Source of the DNA: an uncultured delta proteobacterium
GTDB lineage: Bacteria; Desulfobacterota; Binatia; UBA9968
Direction: 5' to 3'
DNA: 64,000 nt
Assembly (NCBI GenBank): GCA_963771465.1
Contig: CAVYTU010000009.1
Coordinates: forward strand, 192,001 to 256,000
Part shown: one piece after another, positions 38,985 through 49,295 of the stretch
How positions within the stretch are numbered: position 1 is the stretch's first letter
Layout of the letters: every line of letters begins with the position of its first letter
Made by a program: the position numbers and the translations under genes
The notes under the pieces: model-generated
Database searches by the model: none
What the model was told of the DNA's origin: nothing
Seen by the model: the letters and a program-made list of their open reading frames with translations, nothing else

Positions 38985-39467
38985 TTATCCGGCCGAGTCG
39001 GCGAAAAATCGGCTATCTTCGATCGGCTCGACGGTCTTGTTCTCCTCGGAGGAGGCGATTAATGGTTTGCCATCCGGACGAACGCGCATCTCCACGCCGC
39101 CCTGGGGCTTGCCCTTGATGCCCGAGCCGACGCGAATCACAACCAAATTTTCCGGGCCGGTGTTCAAGTAGCGGTAATACGCGCCCCTGGGAATCATCAC
39201 GCCCTGGTGTTTTTCAACTTTGATCTCATTGCCCTTTTCATCGAAGACGCTCATCTGGCCTTCGAGCACGATGAAGGAATGATCTTCATCGAGATGGGTA
39301 TGAATCTCATTCTCGCCGCCTTCGTAATTGATCTTGGTGTGGATCCACATGTTCTCGGTCTCCGCGACGAGCTGGGTGACTCTCCCCTGCTTCATATACG
39401 GCGTCCTAAGGGAGAATTTTTGCGTGCGCGGTTTTTCCGTCGGATCGATCTTCTTTGCGGGTTGCAT
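38985..39467 (-). CDS. Cupin domain protein
   Basis: GGENEIHTHLDEDHSFIVLEG and IPRG..Y...N.G motifs. Confidence 0.85.
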   Translation of the reverse strand: MQPAKKIDPTEKPRTQKFSLRTPYMKQGRVTQLVAETENMWIHTKINYEGGENEIHTHLDEDHSFIVLEGQMSVFDEKGNEIKVEKHQGVMIPRGAYYRYLNTGPENLVVIRVGSGIKGKPQGGVEMRVRPDGKPLIASSEENKTVEPIEDSRFFADSAG

Positions 39468-39496
39468 GCCTATTCCTTTCAATGGTGCTCAAGTTT

Positions 39497-40558
39497 TTAG
39501 TTATTAATCCCGTCGACCTTGATGTGGTAGAGATCGAGGACGTTTTGCCGAACGACTTTGTCGATCACCGGCTTCGGCAAGTGGCCTAATTCATCGGCGA
39601 TCACTTGGCGCGAGTGCGGCCAGGTCGACGCGGCGTGCGGATAGTCGCTCGACCACATGAAATTATCTTCGCCGAACCAATCCATCATCCGACCGCCGCA
39701 GGGGTCGCTAAAGAAAGTCGCGAACACCTGATCCTTGACGTATTCGCTGGGCAGCTTTTTCATGTAAGGCAGCGGCGCCTTGGGGCTATGGCGAACAAAA
39801 TACTTGTCCCACTCGTGACAATGGAAAGGAATCCAGGCGACTTCGTTTTCGACGTAGACGATCTTCAGCTTGGGATGCTTCGCGATGGCGCCGCCGAATA
39901 CGAGATCGAACAGTGTGTTCGCCGCATCGGCGAGTTTTTGGTTGACGGTCATCTTGTAGGTGTCCAAGCCCTTGCGGTCGAAGCGGCTGTAATTGAAACC
40001 GGTCAAGATATGCACGTTGACCGGCATGTCGAGTTCAGACGCCGCTTCCCAGAACGGATAGTAGTATTCACTGGTAAACGGCAGATTGTCCGGCGGCACC
40101 TGCCAGATCATGCAGCCGATCATGCCGTTCTTTTTGCAGCGTTCGAGTTCTTTGATCGCGTTGGGAATGCTGTACATGGAAATATTAGGAATGCCGAAGA
40201 GTCGGCCCGGCGCGGCTTTGCAATATTCCATCATCCAATCGTTGGCGATTTGAAAACAGGCTTCCTGCAGCTCGGCGTCTTCCAGGGCGAAAAGTCGCAA
40301 CCCGAACGTCGCGTACAACACCTCGGCGCTGACGCCATCGACAGCCATTTCATCCAAACGGGCCGTGGGGTCTTGCCCCCCAGGTTTTTCACCGGCCGAA
40401 TTGCGCGGTGGAAATTTCGGAAACTTGGCGCGCAGACTCGGGGTGAGATTTTTTTCCCAAAGGTCGGGCGGCTCCATGATATGTGAATCCGACGAGACGA
40501 TTTTATCTTTCCCCAATACTTGTTCCGCGGTGCGTTTCACCGCAGTCGCTGTGGTCAT
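39497..40558 (-). CDS. Amidohydrolase_2 family protein
   Basis: SSDSH, HILTG, VENEVAW and SSDYPH motifs; similar to 6537-7673. Confidence 0.92.
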   Translation of the reverse strand: MTTATAVKRTAEQVLGKDKIVSSDSHIMEPPDLWEKNLTPSLRAKFPKFPPRNSAGEKPGGQDPTARLDEMAVDGVSAEVLYATFGLRLFALEDAELQEACFQIANDWMMEYCKAAPGRLFGIPNISMYSIPNAIKELERCKKNGMIGCMIWQVPPDNLPFTSEYYYPFWEAASELDMPVNVHILTGFNYSRFDRKGLDTYKMTVNQKLADAANTLFDLVFGGAIAKHPKLKIVYVENEVAWIPFHCHEWDKYFVRHSPKAPLPYMKKLPSEYVKDQVFATFFSDPCGGRMMDWFGEDNFMWSSDYPHAASTWPHSRQVIADELGHLPKPVIDKVVRQNVLDLYHIKVDGINN

Positions 40559-40679
40559 AGGCTCTTCCCTCCTGAGTACTTAATATTCCACAGCAATATG
40601 CCTTTTTGCCGGGTTTGTCCAGGCCGCATCGGAGTCTTATCGAATTGGACATTCAGGGACGCATACGCTAAATCATCTC

Positions 40680-41525
40680 ATGGCCATGACTTTTCTCACG
40701 CGACCGATTTGGTTTTTATTTCTCCTTGCGTTTCTGGTTTTGCCCACCGTGATCATCGCGGCTGAGGCGCAAAACGCCTTTAACCAAGGCGTTAAGCTGT
40801 ATAAGGCAGCGAAATACAAAGACGCCATCGCGGCCTTCAACCGCGCGCTTAAGGCCGCGCCAAAGTCCGATGAAATCTACAACAACCGCGGCTTGGCCTA
40901 TTTCAAAATGGGTCAGCATGAGAGCGCGATCAAAGACTACGACGAAGCGCTCAAGCTCAATCCCAAGATGACGGAAGCTTATTTCAATCGGGGCAACGCC
41001 CATATGGCGCAGAATCTTCACGAGCGCGCGCTCAAAGATTTTGACGAGGTGATCAAACACGATGCCAACGCGCCGCTGGCACATCGGCAACGGGGCCTCG
41101 CCTACATCGCTTTAAAACAATTCGACAAAGCGATCGGAGATTTCAATCAAGCGCAGAAGTTGGACGCTAAAGACGTGGAGATTTACTATAACCGCGGCTT
41201 GGCTTACCGACGACTCGGCAAGAACGAGCTGGCGATCCAAGATTATTCCGAAGCGATCAAGCTCGAGCCGAAGAACGCCGAGTCGTACAATAATCGCGCC
41301 AACGCTTACTCGCTGCTCGGCAAGTACGAGGACGCCGCCAAAGACTACGATGAAGCGATCAAGCTCGATGGCAAAAGCGCCAAGATCTACGCCAACCGCG
41401 GTGTGATCCGTTCGCGCCTGGGTAAGACCGACGATGCCCAAAAAGATTTCAAGAAAGCGCTCGAGCTCGACCCGGCGCTCAAAGACAGGATCGAGCCGCT
41501 GATAACACCATCAAAAGGAAAATAA
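40680..41525 (+). CDS. Exported tetratricopeptide repeat protein
   Basis: Signal peptide plus about 7 TPRs (Y.NRG.A...G....AI.DY..AI.L.P). Confidence 0.92.
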   Translation: MAMTFLTRPIWFLFLLAFLVLPTVIIAAEAQNAFNQGVKLYKAAKYKDAIAAFNRALKAAPKSDEIYNNRGLAYFKMGQHESAIKDYDEALKLNPKMTEAYFNRGNAHMAQNLHERALKDFDEVIKHDANAPLAHRQRGLAYIALKQFDKAIGDFNQAQKLDAKDVEIYYNRGLAYRRLGKNELAIQDYSEAIKLEPKNAESYNNRANAYSLLGKYEDAAKDYDEAIKLDGKSAKIYANRGVIRSRLGKTDDAQKDFKKALELDPALKDRIEPLITPSKGK

Positions 41526-41528
41526 TCC

Positions 41529-42587
41529 ATGGCGCGCAACGTTTTGCTATTCCGATTTCTATTGGCCTTGCTGACAGCGCCGGCAAAGCTCTGGGCGGGG
41601 CTGGCGGACGATCCGCTCAAAGCCGCGGTTGATTTACACGACGCCGGCAAGATCAAAGAAGCTCTCATCGAGTATGACAAAGCGCTCAAGGCCAATCCGA
41701 AACTGGCCGAGGCGTACTTCAACCGCGGCAACGCACACTACGATCTCGGCCAGAATCAGCAAGCGCTAAAAGACTACGGCGAGGCGATCCGCTTGAATCC
41801 CAAAGACAGCGAAGCCTACTTCAATCGCGCCAACGTTTATCGGCGCTTGAAACAGGATCAACCCGCGCTCAATGACTACAGCGCGGCGATCAAGCTCAGC
41901 CCCAGCGAAGCGCGCAATTACGTCAACCGGGGTGCGATTCATTTCGACGCCAAGCGCTACGACAGCGCGATCAAGGATTACAGCGAGGCGATCCGCATCG
42001 AACCCGAAGACGGCCAGCACTATTTCAACCGCGGCAATAGTTACCTGGCGCTGGATAAAAAAGACGACGCGATCAAAGACTACGAGGCGGCCTTGGCCAG
42101 AGATCCCAAGCTCGCCGACGCCTACTACAATCGCGGCATCGCCTATTCACATTCGAACAAATACGAAGACGCCATTCGCGACTTCGACGAGGCGATCAAG
42201 CTCAACAGCGCGAATGCCGAAGCGTTTTACAATCGCGGCTTGGCGAAAATGAAAACCGGCAGGCATGACGGCGCCATTGAGGACTATAGCGAAGCGATCC
42301 GCTTGAATTCAAAAGATGCCGAGGCGCCGTTTAACCGCGGCCTCGCTTACATGAGAGTAGGCAAACACGATTTTGCCGCCCGTGACTTCACCCAAGTAAT
42401 CATCTTGCAGCCAAAAAACGCCGACGCCTACGTTTATCGCGGTATCATTCGCGTCTATCAGAACAATGGCAAAGACGCCGACACCGACTTTCAAAAAGCT
42501 TTTCAGCTCGATCCCGGTCTCAAGAAAAAACTCCAACCGATCATTGACGACGCCAAGGCGAAGGCGAAAAGCGGCGCGAAGCAGTGA
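41529..42587 (+). CDS. Exported tetratricopeptide repeat protein
   Basis: Signal peptide plus about 9 TPRs. Confidence 0.92.
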   Translation: MARNVLLFRFLLALLTAPAKLWAGLADDPLKAAVDLHDAGKIKEALIEYDKALKANPKLAEAYFNRGNAHYDLGQNQQALKDYGEAIRLNPKDSEAYFNRANVYRRLKQDQPALNDYSAAIKLSPSEARNYVNRGAIHFDAKRYDSAIKDYSEAIRIEPEDGQHYFNRGNSYLALDKKDDAIKDYEAALARDPKLADAYYNRGIAYSHSNKYEDAIRDFDEAIKLNSANAEAFYNRGLAKMKTGRHDGAIEDYSEAIRLNSKDAEAPFNRGLAYMRVGKHDFAARDFTQVIILQPKNADAYVYRGIIRVYQNNGKDADTDFQKAFQLDPGLKKKLQPIIDDAKAKAKSGAKQ

Positions 42588-42652
42588 ATCCCATCGAGTG
42601 GCAGTGAGTAGCCAGCAAAAAGCAGTCAGCGGTAAGAAGCAGAGCAAAACCG

Positions 42653-43630
42653 ATGATTAGAAAGATCGTTGTCTGCCTACTGATTACTGTCGTTCTGCTA
42701 ACTGCTTCTCTCGCCGAGTCGCAGCAGCCGGTAAAGGTATTTAAGATTGGCTGGCTCACGAGTATTTCCGGTCAAACATCCGCATCCGGGATAATCCAAC
42801 AAGGGCTTCGTCCGCTCGGCTATGTTGAAGGCAAAAACACAATATTCGAGTATCGATCCGCGGAAGGTAAGCTCGACCATCTCTCGGCCCTCGCTGGCGA
42901 GCTGGTCCGTCTTAAGGTTGACGTTATAGTCACGACGGGGACAGAGGTTGCTCTAGCTGCCAAGAATGCGACTAAAACGATTCCGATCGTTTTTACAAGC
43001 GGAGCTGATCCTGTTGCGGCGAGGTTAGTTGACAGCCTCGCGCGGCCTGGCGGGAACCTGACGGGTCTCAGCACTATTTCCGGGGAGTTGACCGGCAAGC
43101 GACTGGAGTTGCTCACGGAAACCGTCCGCAAGCTCTCCCGCGTCGCAGTGCTTTGGCACCCACGGGCGGCAAGCTCTGCGCAACAATGGAAAGAAAGCCA
43201 AGTGCCGGCGCGCGAACTGGGGCTGCAGCTTCACTCCATGGAAGTCACCAGCGGTGATAAATTCGAGAGCGCTTTCAAAGACGCTATCAAAGCGGGTAGT
43301 GCGGCTCTGGCCGTGACCTCGGCCCCGGTTAACAATTCAAATCAAAAACAGATCGCCGACCTGGCGGCAAAACATCGGTTACCGGGAATATCGCCTTGGG
43401 GAGAATTTGTCGCCAGCGGAGGATTGATGTCCTACGGCGCCGACGACGCCGAGCGCTACAGGCGGGCGGCATACCTCATCGACAGAATCCTGAAGGGAGC
43501 CAAGCCCGCCGAACTACCGGTTGAGCAGCCGATGGGGTTTGAGTTCACTATCAATCTCAAAACCGCCAAAACCCTCGGCCTGACGATTCCACCGATCGTG
43601 CTGATGCGCGCGACGAAGGTTATCAAGTAG
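42653..43630 (+). CDS. ABC_sub_bind-type (putative tryptophan/tyrosine-class) substrate-binding protein
   Basis: LGYVEGKN, DPV...LV.SLARPGGN.TG, GGLMSYG and PVEQP..FE..INLKTA motifs. Confidence 0.9.
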   Translation: MIRKIVVCLLITVVLLTASLAESQQPVKVFKIGWLTSISGQTSASGIIQQGLRPLGYVEGKNTIFEYRSAEGKLDHLSALAGELVRLKVDVIVTTGTEVALAAKNATKTIPIVFTSGADPVAARLVDSLARPGGNLTGLSTISGELTGKRLELLTETVRKLSRVAVLWHPRAASSAQQWKESQVPARELGLQLHSMEVTSGDKFESAFKDAIKAGSAALAVTSAPVNNSNQKQIADLAAKHRLPGISPWGEFVASGGLMSYGADDAERYRRAAYLIDRILKGAKPAELPVEQPMGFEFTINLKTAKTLGLTIPPIVLMRATKVIK

Positions 43631-43705
43631 CCGATGGATAACTGAGTGAGTATTTGAAAACCACTCACTGAGAAATGTTTTCGCTGAGGTTTATTCGGAA
43701 TATCG

Positions 43706-43755
43706 CCTGTGGTGAGCACCGTCGAACTACCGTTAAATGCATGCGGGAATGACGG
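43706..43755. repeat. Mosaic REP-like remnant ending GCATGCGGGAATGACGG
   Basis: Shares GCATGCGGGAATGACG with 55338-55369. Confidence 0.55.
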
Positions 43756-43825
43756 GTCCGGAGAAGCGGGCGAATGACCCAGCTCGCCACGGGAATGTGA
43801 CCAGCATAGCTTGAAGACAAATTGC

Positions 43826-44245
43826 ATGGCTGACGCAAATATTCTCGGTGGCCTGATCGGCGGCGCGCTTATCGGTATCGCCGCTTCCCTGCTCTTGCTC
43901 TTGAACGGCCGCATCGCCGGGATATCCGGCATTCTCAGCGGCGTCTTTGGGACCATTGGCGGCACGGAACGATATTGGCGGCTCGCCTTTGTCATCGGGC
44001 TCATCTGCGGCGCGGCGATTTATTTTCTCGCCGCAGGCCGCCACGCAGTTCAACTTCCAGCTGGCAATCTAACTCTGATCGTCGCGGGATTGCTCGTCGG
44101 CTTCGGCACGAGACTCGGTTCGGGCTGCACTTCGGGCCATGGTGTTTGCGGACTGGCGCGTCTCTCGCCGCGTTCACTGGCGGCGACTGCGACATTTATG
44201 CTGTTCGGTATGCTTACGGTATTTCTGATTCGCCACTTGAGCTGA
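43826..44245 (+). CDS. YeeE/YedE (PmpA/B-type) sulfur-compound transporter subunit
   Basis: GRIAGISG and GSGCTSGHGVCG motifs. Confidence 0.9.
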   Translation: MADANILGGLIGGALIGIAASLLLLLNGRIAGISGILSGVFGTIGGTERYWRLAFVIGLICGAAIYFLAAGRHAVQLPAGNLTLIVAGLLVGFGTRLGSGCTSGHGVCGLARLSPRSLAATATFMLFGMLTVFLIRHLS

Positions 44246-44247
44246 TT

Positions 44248-44655
44248 ATGCAATTGACTGCTGCCTTCGCCAGTGGAATTATTTTCGGCCTCGGATTGAG
44301 CATTTCCGAGATGATCAACCCGGCGCGGGTGATCGGCTTTCTCGACATCACAGGCTGGTGGGACCCGACGCTCATGTTCGTTATGGCTGGCGCGCTCGCA
44401 GTCACGATTCCAGCGTTCACTTTAATTATGCGCCGCAGTCAGCCGCTGCTTGATGGCCAATTTGTTCTGCCAATCAAACGCGTCGTCGATCGGCCGCTGA
44501 TTCTTGGCGCAGCAATTTTCGGCATCGGCTGGGGCCTCGGCGGTTTCTGCCCTGGCCCGGCGTTGGCCGCTTTGGCAAGCGGCTCGCCGGCGGTTATTTT
44601 ATTTGTTCTCGCGATGATCGTCGGCCAGCGGCTTGCCGGCCGTTTCGCTGGATAA
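44248..44655 (+). CDS. YeeE/YedE (PmpA/B-type) partner subunit
   Basis: M.NP.RV.GFLD..G.WDPTL and FG.GWGL.G.CPGP motifs. Confidence 0.9.
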   Translation: MQLTAAFASGIIFGLGLSISEMINPARVIGFLDITGWWDPTLMFVMAGALAVTIPAFTLIMRRSQPLLDGQFVLPIKRVVDRPLILGAAIFGIGWGLGGFCPGPALAALASGSPAVILFVLAMIVGQRLAGRFAG

Positions 44656-44769
44656 GACTTGCACTGAGCTTCTCGACTCGAAGCTAGACTTGCTTCGCTG
44701 AAAATCGGCGCAATGGGTGCCGTGGATCGCCCGCGAAACGGCGATCCGCTACCGTGCCCAGAGCCGCGC

Positions 44770-45012
44770 GTTCCCGACAATGTTTTCGCTGCCTACAACA
44801 TTTTCGTCACCTGCCAGACCAACGATGACGTGCCCTACATCGTCAGCTGCTGTGGCGAAGATCGCTTGGTCATCGGCACCGACTATGGCCACACCGACCC
44901 GTCGAGCGCGGTTACGGCGCTCAATGAATTTCAGCGCATGGAAGGTTTGGACTCAGCGGTGAAGGGAAAGATTCTTTCGCACAACGCCGAGGCGCTGTAC
45001 GCGTTGCAGTGA
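44770..45012 (+). pseudogene. C-terminal fragment of an amidohydrolase_2
   Basis: NIFVTCQ..DD, LVIGTDYGH.D, KILS.NA.ALY; no N-terminal part. Confidence 0.75.
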
Positions 45013-45101
45013 GATCCGCAGAGAAAATGTATTTGGACGACATCGCAGTCGAAGCTGAATTACTGGCGGCGCGACGGTGTTCCGGCTAGCAAGTCGTGTG
45101 A

Positions 45102-46442
45102 TTAGTACCAACGAGGCAATTCCAGCAGCGCGTGCTGATTGGATTCGCCGCGTAATAGGGCTAGCCACTTTTCCTGGCCGCGCTTAAATTGCTGCAATTT
45201 GACTCCGGTCAATGAGTTCGGACCGGGAATCTTTATTGACAGGAAATCGATCTTTTCGCCATTGAGGGCAAACTCAAAGTGAAGATGCGGGCCGGTCGCG
45301 TAACCGGTCTGGCCCACTGTACCGATTGGGTCGCCGGTTTTGACCCTCGCGCCTTCCTCTAGCCCAACGGCGATCCGTGATAAATGGGCGTATGTGGACG
45401 AATAACCGCCGGCATGTTTGAGCTCGACCATCAAACCGTAGCCCCCACGCGAGCCGGCAAATTCCACCGTTCCAGCGCCCACCGCAATGACTGCTGTCCC
45501 CTGCGGCGCCTGATAATCCACCGCTTCATGGGGCCGCAAGACTCCCGTCGCTGGATCAGGCCGCGCCAAATCGAATGTCGAGGAGATGCGATCGAACTTT
45601 AACGGCGCGGCCAGAAAAGAGCTTGGTAATAAGTTGCCGTCGATATCGTAATACTGCAACGAGTCATCCGCGCCGGAAAATCCCAATGCTTCATAGGATC
45701 GGCCGCCCGCTACGACCCGCGCCGCGGCGATCTGACCGACCACCACATGGCCGTCGAGATAATATTTCTGCGGCATCGCAACGCTAACTTCATCGCCGGC
45801 GCTCAAATCCGCCGAGAGGTCGAGTTCGGAACTGAATATCCTGTGCAACTCAGCGATTTGCGCCGAAGATAAACCAGCTTGGGCCGCGCTCTCAGAAAAT
45901 TGCTTGCTCACCTTCACACGCAGGAGATTTAACCGCGCAACGTGAAACAGCTCTTCGCGCTCCACCGACCAGCCGCCCAGGGTCGCGCTGGCGCGCACGA
46001 TATGATTTTGCAGCACAAACTCCACCGCCCGTAGGTTTCGGCTGTGTGCATCCAATACCAAATTAAATGATTGATCCCTTGGCATGCGCCGCCAGTCGAC
46101 GATATCGCGCATTTTTTTCAGCAGCTCCTGGCTCGAGCTCTGCGGCAAACCGTGGCGCTTCAGAATGTTGGTGATATTTTCATTGCGTCCAAGCTTTACT
46201 GCCAGCCGTTCAACCACTCCCGTGTTCAATCTATCCGGCGTCGCCGTGCTGCGGCGATCGTCGGACGGATTTAATGACGGGACCAAAGCGAAGATTCCCA
46301 GCATCGCCGCTGCGAAAAGCGCGGCGCCGACCGGTAACCCGTCGAAGATATCAGCAAAGAAGTTGCGGAGAATTTTGAGATACATTTGGCAATCGATCGG
46401 AAGCGTTTCGTGGTTCATATCGGATAAGCCATAGTGGGTCAA
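45102..46442 (-). CDS. M23 family peptidoglycan DD-endopeptidase (MepM-like)
   Basis: HEAVDY, YAHLS and TGPHLHFE zinc motifs. Start is uncertain. Confidence 0.88.
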   Translation of the reverse strand: MTHYGLSDMNHETLPIDCQMYLKILRNFFADIFDGLPVGAALFAAAMLGIFALVPSLNPSDDRRSTATPDRLNTGVVERLAVKLGRNENITNILKRHGLPQSSSQELLKKMRDIVDWRRMPRDQSFNLVLDAHSRNLRAVEFVLQNHIVRASATLGGWSVEREELFHVARLNLLRVKVSKQFSESAAQAGLSSAQIAELHRIFSSELDLSADLSAGDEVSVAMPQKYYLDGHVVVGQIAAARVVAGGRSYEALGFSGADDSLQYYDIDGNLLPSSFLAAPLKFDRISSTFDLARPDPATGVLRPHEAVDYQAPQGTAVIAVGAGTVEFAGSRGGYGLMVELKHAGGYSSTYAHLSRIAVGLEEGARVKTGDPIGTVGQTGYATGPHLHFEFALNGEKIDFLSIKIPGPNSLTGVKLQQFKRGQEKWLALLRGESNQHALLELPRWY

Positions 46443-46487
46443 TACTTTTTTTGCAAATAATGATTTACTCTTTAAAACAAAACTAAG

Positions 46488-46913
46488 CTATGCTGTGAAA
46501 GCGTCGTGATAGAGAACTTTGCCTTCTTGGCATTCGGACGAGAACGGTCGCGCCAAAAAATATTCCGTTGGAAATCCGTCGAGGCTGAGACCTTGGCGCG
46601 CAACAAAACCGAAGCGAGAAGAAAAGTCGGACTCGCCGAGCAAGACGCAGCCATTTGCGCCGCCCGCTTCAAGTAACTTTAAACCGGCATTGATTAAGCG
46701 ACTACCGATACCCTTCCTTTGATGGATTGGGGTGACCGACATCAAGCACAGACACCAGTGAAACCGTGAGCGCGCTACTTTCTCGCGCAGCTTGTCGACG
46801 ATATGCTGTTCCCTATGGTTGTTATACGACTGGTCTTCGAAAGCCGCGACAATGACGGCGCGGATCGCCGGCACATCCGCGCGCTCTTCCGGACGGATTA
46901 TGATCTCTAGCAA
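46488..46913 (-). pseudogene. GNAT acetyltransferase (YhbS-like) with an in-frame internal deletion
   Basis: IRPE...D, E..IV..LR, V.P.HQRKGIG..LI and CVLLG motifs; the usual LSLVA..VGH strands are missing. Confidence 0.6.
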
Positions 46914-46956
46914 TTGGCCGTCTCGTTGCCGATGAAATAGATTTTCGGCAAGCTGG

Positions 46957-47904
46957 TTACGCGAGAATCGCCTTACAGATTTCCTCGACGTGACGATGAT
47001 CCGTGCCGCAGCAACCGCCGAGCACGTTCAAACTCGCGAGCTTGTCACGAAGTTGTCGGTATTGTCGACCGAGTTCGTTGGGATTTCCAACATCGAGCTC
47101 GGTGGCTTCGTCGAGTTCTTTATGACTTTTCGTCGAAGCATTCGCTCTCACGCCGCGGATTCTTGCGGTCCACGACGCGTCTTTATCCAACACCCCTGCG
47201 AAGTGACTCGGGTGCGCGCAGTTAATCATATAATAAGCCGGTAAAGGGATGGTCGCGCCATCGACTTGTTCGATGGCATCCTTTAGAGATTGACCGTTGG
47301 GCAATTGGCCGTCGATCTCGACTGTGAACGAAATAACGACCGGCATGCCGACCCGCCGTGCCGCGCGGGCAATCCCGATCGCTTCAGCCGGATAGGTCAT
47401 GGTGATCGCAGTTACCATATCCGCATCCGCAGCGCGAAAGGTTTCCGCTTGGAGCGCATGATAGTTCTCAGCTTCTGTCTCCGTCATAAAGCTCGCCGGA
47501 TTGTAGCCGTCGCCGCGCGGCCCGATGCAGCCGCTGATAACCATCGGCGTGCCCGAGGTTTCAAATTCCTGCCGAATCCGATGCAGCATAGCGATGGCCC
47601 GACGATTGGCTTCGACGAGCGCTGCCTTCGAATAGCCAAGCTTCGCGCCCCAATCCGCGCTGGCGCGCCAGGTCGCGCTCTCGAGAATACAGCCCACGTC
47701 GTACCCGCTCGCGAGCGCGGCATAGGTGCGGAAATATTTCACCAGCGCCGACTCGCCGGCCGCATGCTTTAACAAGTCGAATGCCGCGAAGAACGGTAGT
47801 TCCAGCCCTTCGTGAAAGATCAGCGTGGTCTCGATACCGCCGTCGGTGACAAATAGATCGCCGGACAGTTGCGGCAATTGGTTTCGGTATTTTGCCATCG
47901 GCAC
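46957..47904 (-). CDS. Homocysteine S-methyltransferase family protein
   Basis: TDGG, GP.GDGY, INCAH and GGCCGT zinc ligands. Confidence 0.9.
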   Translation of the reverse strand: MPMAKYRNQLPQLSGDLFVTDGGIETTLIFHEGLELPFFAAFDLLKHAAGESALVKYFRTYAALASGYDVGCILESATWRASADWGAKLGYSKAALVEANRRAIAMLHRIRQEFETSGTPMVISGCIGPRGDGYNPASFMTETEAENYHALQAETFRAADADMVTAITMTYPAEAIGIARAARRVGMPVVISFTVEIDGQLPNGQSLKDAIEQVDGATIPLPAYYMINCAHPSHFAGVLDKDASWTARIRGVRANASTKSHKELDEATELDVGNPNELGRQYRQLRDKLASLNVLGGCCGTDHRHVEEICKAILA

Positions 47905-48008
47905 GCGTCAAGGAGTCTAGGTCCAAATCATTTGAGACGATGGAAGAATTTTTCGCTGTTTAAATCCTGCAATCATGAATTCAATCGAAACGGCAACGGT
48001 GGCGATTG

Positions 48009-49295
48009 CTAGAGACCGTTTGAAGTCCCGTTCACGACCTTGGCGTCGCTATTATGCAGCATCGCTTCTTGTTGTTCCCGCAGCCGCTCAAAACGCGCCA
48101 GATTTTGGCCGGCCAACTGCTGCTCTTTTGGAATCCGTAGATTCAAAAAATTGACCTTGGTGCCGCCGCGCAAAAACTCAAAATGAAGATGCGGTCCGGT
48201 TGTGTGACCCGTCTGACCGACAAATCCAATCACGTCGCCGGGATCCACCGACTGGCCTTTGCGCAAATTCGCCGCGAACCGAGAAAAATGCGCATAGCGA
48301 GACATGTAGCTGCCGGAATGGCGTACATCGACAACATTTCCGTAGCCGTTGCGCCGACCGATAAATTCCACCTTGCCGCGCCCGATGGAAACCACCGGCG
48401 TTCCGGTCGGCGCCGCGTAATCGATCGCCAGGTGAGGTCTTACCGTGCGAAAGATCGGATGGCGTCGAGTGGGGTTAAACGGCGAAGAAATGCGTGCATA
48501 ACTCAAAGGCGCACGCAAGAAAGAGCGCCGCAGCGCTTGTCCGTTGCGATTATAATAAGCGCCAGTGGCGTTGCCGTCTAAGAAATAATAGGCGTTGTGG
48601 AGTTCATTCTCAGCTTCCAGTTCGGCTGCTAGGATTCGACCCTCTCCGCGCCTACCATCGGCGTAACGCAGGGTTTCGACGATCACGCTAAATCCGTCGC
48701 CCCGCTGAAAGTCAGAAAAGAAGTCGATATCGGATTCGAAGATCTTCGCCAAATCGAAAATATGTTGCGGCGTCAATCCCGCTTCAGTGCCGCTTTCGTA
48801 AAGACTTCCCTTGACCGTGCCACGCACGACTTGTTTTTCGCGCACGAACGGAATTTCGTGCCGCTCCGCGAACCAGCCTTGTTGCGTAGCTTTGACCCGA
48901 ACCAGCGCGTCATCGACGACAAACTCCATCGCTTGTACCGTGCGATCCTCGCCGCTCAAGACCACCGCGACATTGTCACCGGGGCGAATCTTGCGTGGAT
49001 TTAGAAACGGACGGAGTTTCTCGATCATCGCGTGAGCCGATGGCGGAGCAACTCCAAAGCGCTTCAACACGGAACCCAAAGTTTCTCCCGAGCGCAATTT
49101 AACGCCAACTCGAGAATCCACCGGCGCAGCGATCGTGGCGGCCGGCGCCGTTTGGTATTCTTGCTGCGGCGCATTGACCATCGGCGCGCACAACAACGCG
49201 ATCGCAGCCAGCATGCCAATCCATGCGCAACGATAGCAAAACTCCAGCAGCAATTTGTTTATCGATGGGCGGCAAGGGATAGGTCGATCATTCAT
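48009..49295 (-). CDS. M23 family peptidoglycan DD-endopeptidase (MepM-like)
   Basis: TM anchor, LysM/OapA-like region, HLAIDY and TGPHLHFE motifs. Confidence 0.92.
   Translation of the reverse strand: MNDRPIPCRPSINKLLLEFCYRCAWIGMLAAIALLCAPMVNAPQQEYQTAPAATIAAPVDSRVGVKLRSGETLGSVLKRFGVAPPSAHAMIEKLRPFLNPRKIRPGDNVAVVLSGEDRTVQAMEFVVDDALVRVKATQQGWFAERHEIPFVREKQVVRGTVKGSLYESGTEAGLTPQHIFDLAKIFESDIDFFSDFQRGDGFSVIVETLRYADGRRGEGRILAAELEAENELHNAYYFLDGNATGAYYNRNGQALRRSFLRAPLSYARISSPFNPTRRHPIFRTVRPHLAIDYAAPTGTPVVSIGRGKVEFIGRRNGYGNVVDVRHSGSYMSRYAHFSRFAANLRKGQSVDPGDVIGFVGQTGHTTGPHLHFEFLRGGTKVNFLNLRIPKEQQLAGQNLARFERLREQQEAMLHNSDAKVVNGTSNGL

Noticed and set aside
40680-42587. CRISPR array or DNA tandem repeat
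   Set aside because: The periodicity is 34-aa TPR coding repeats with synonymous variation. There are no identical repeats with spacers and no cas genes.
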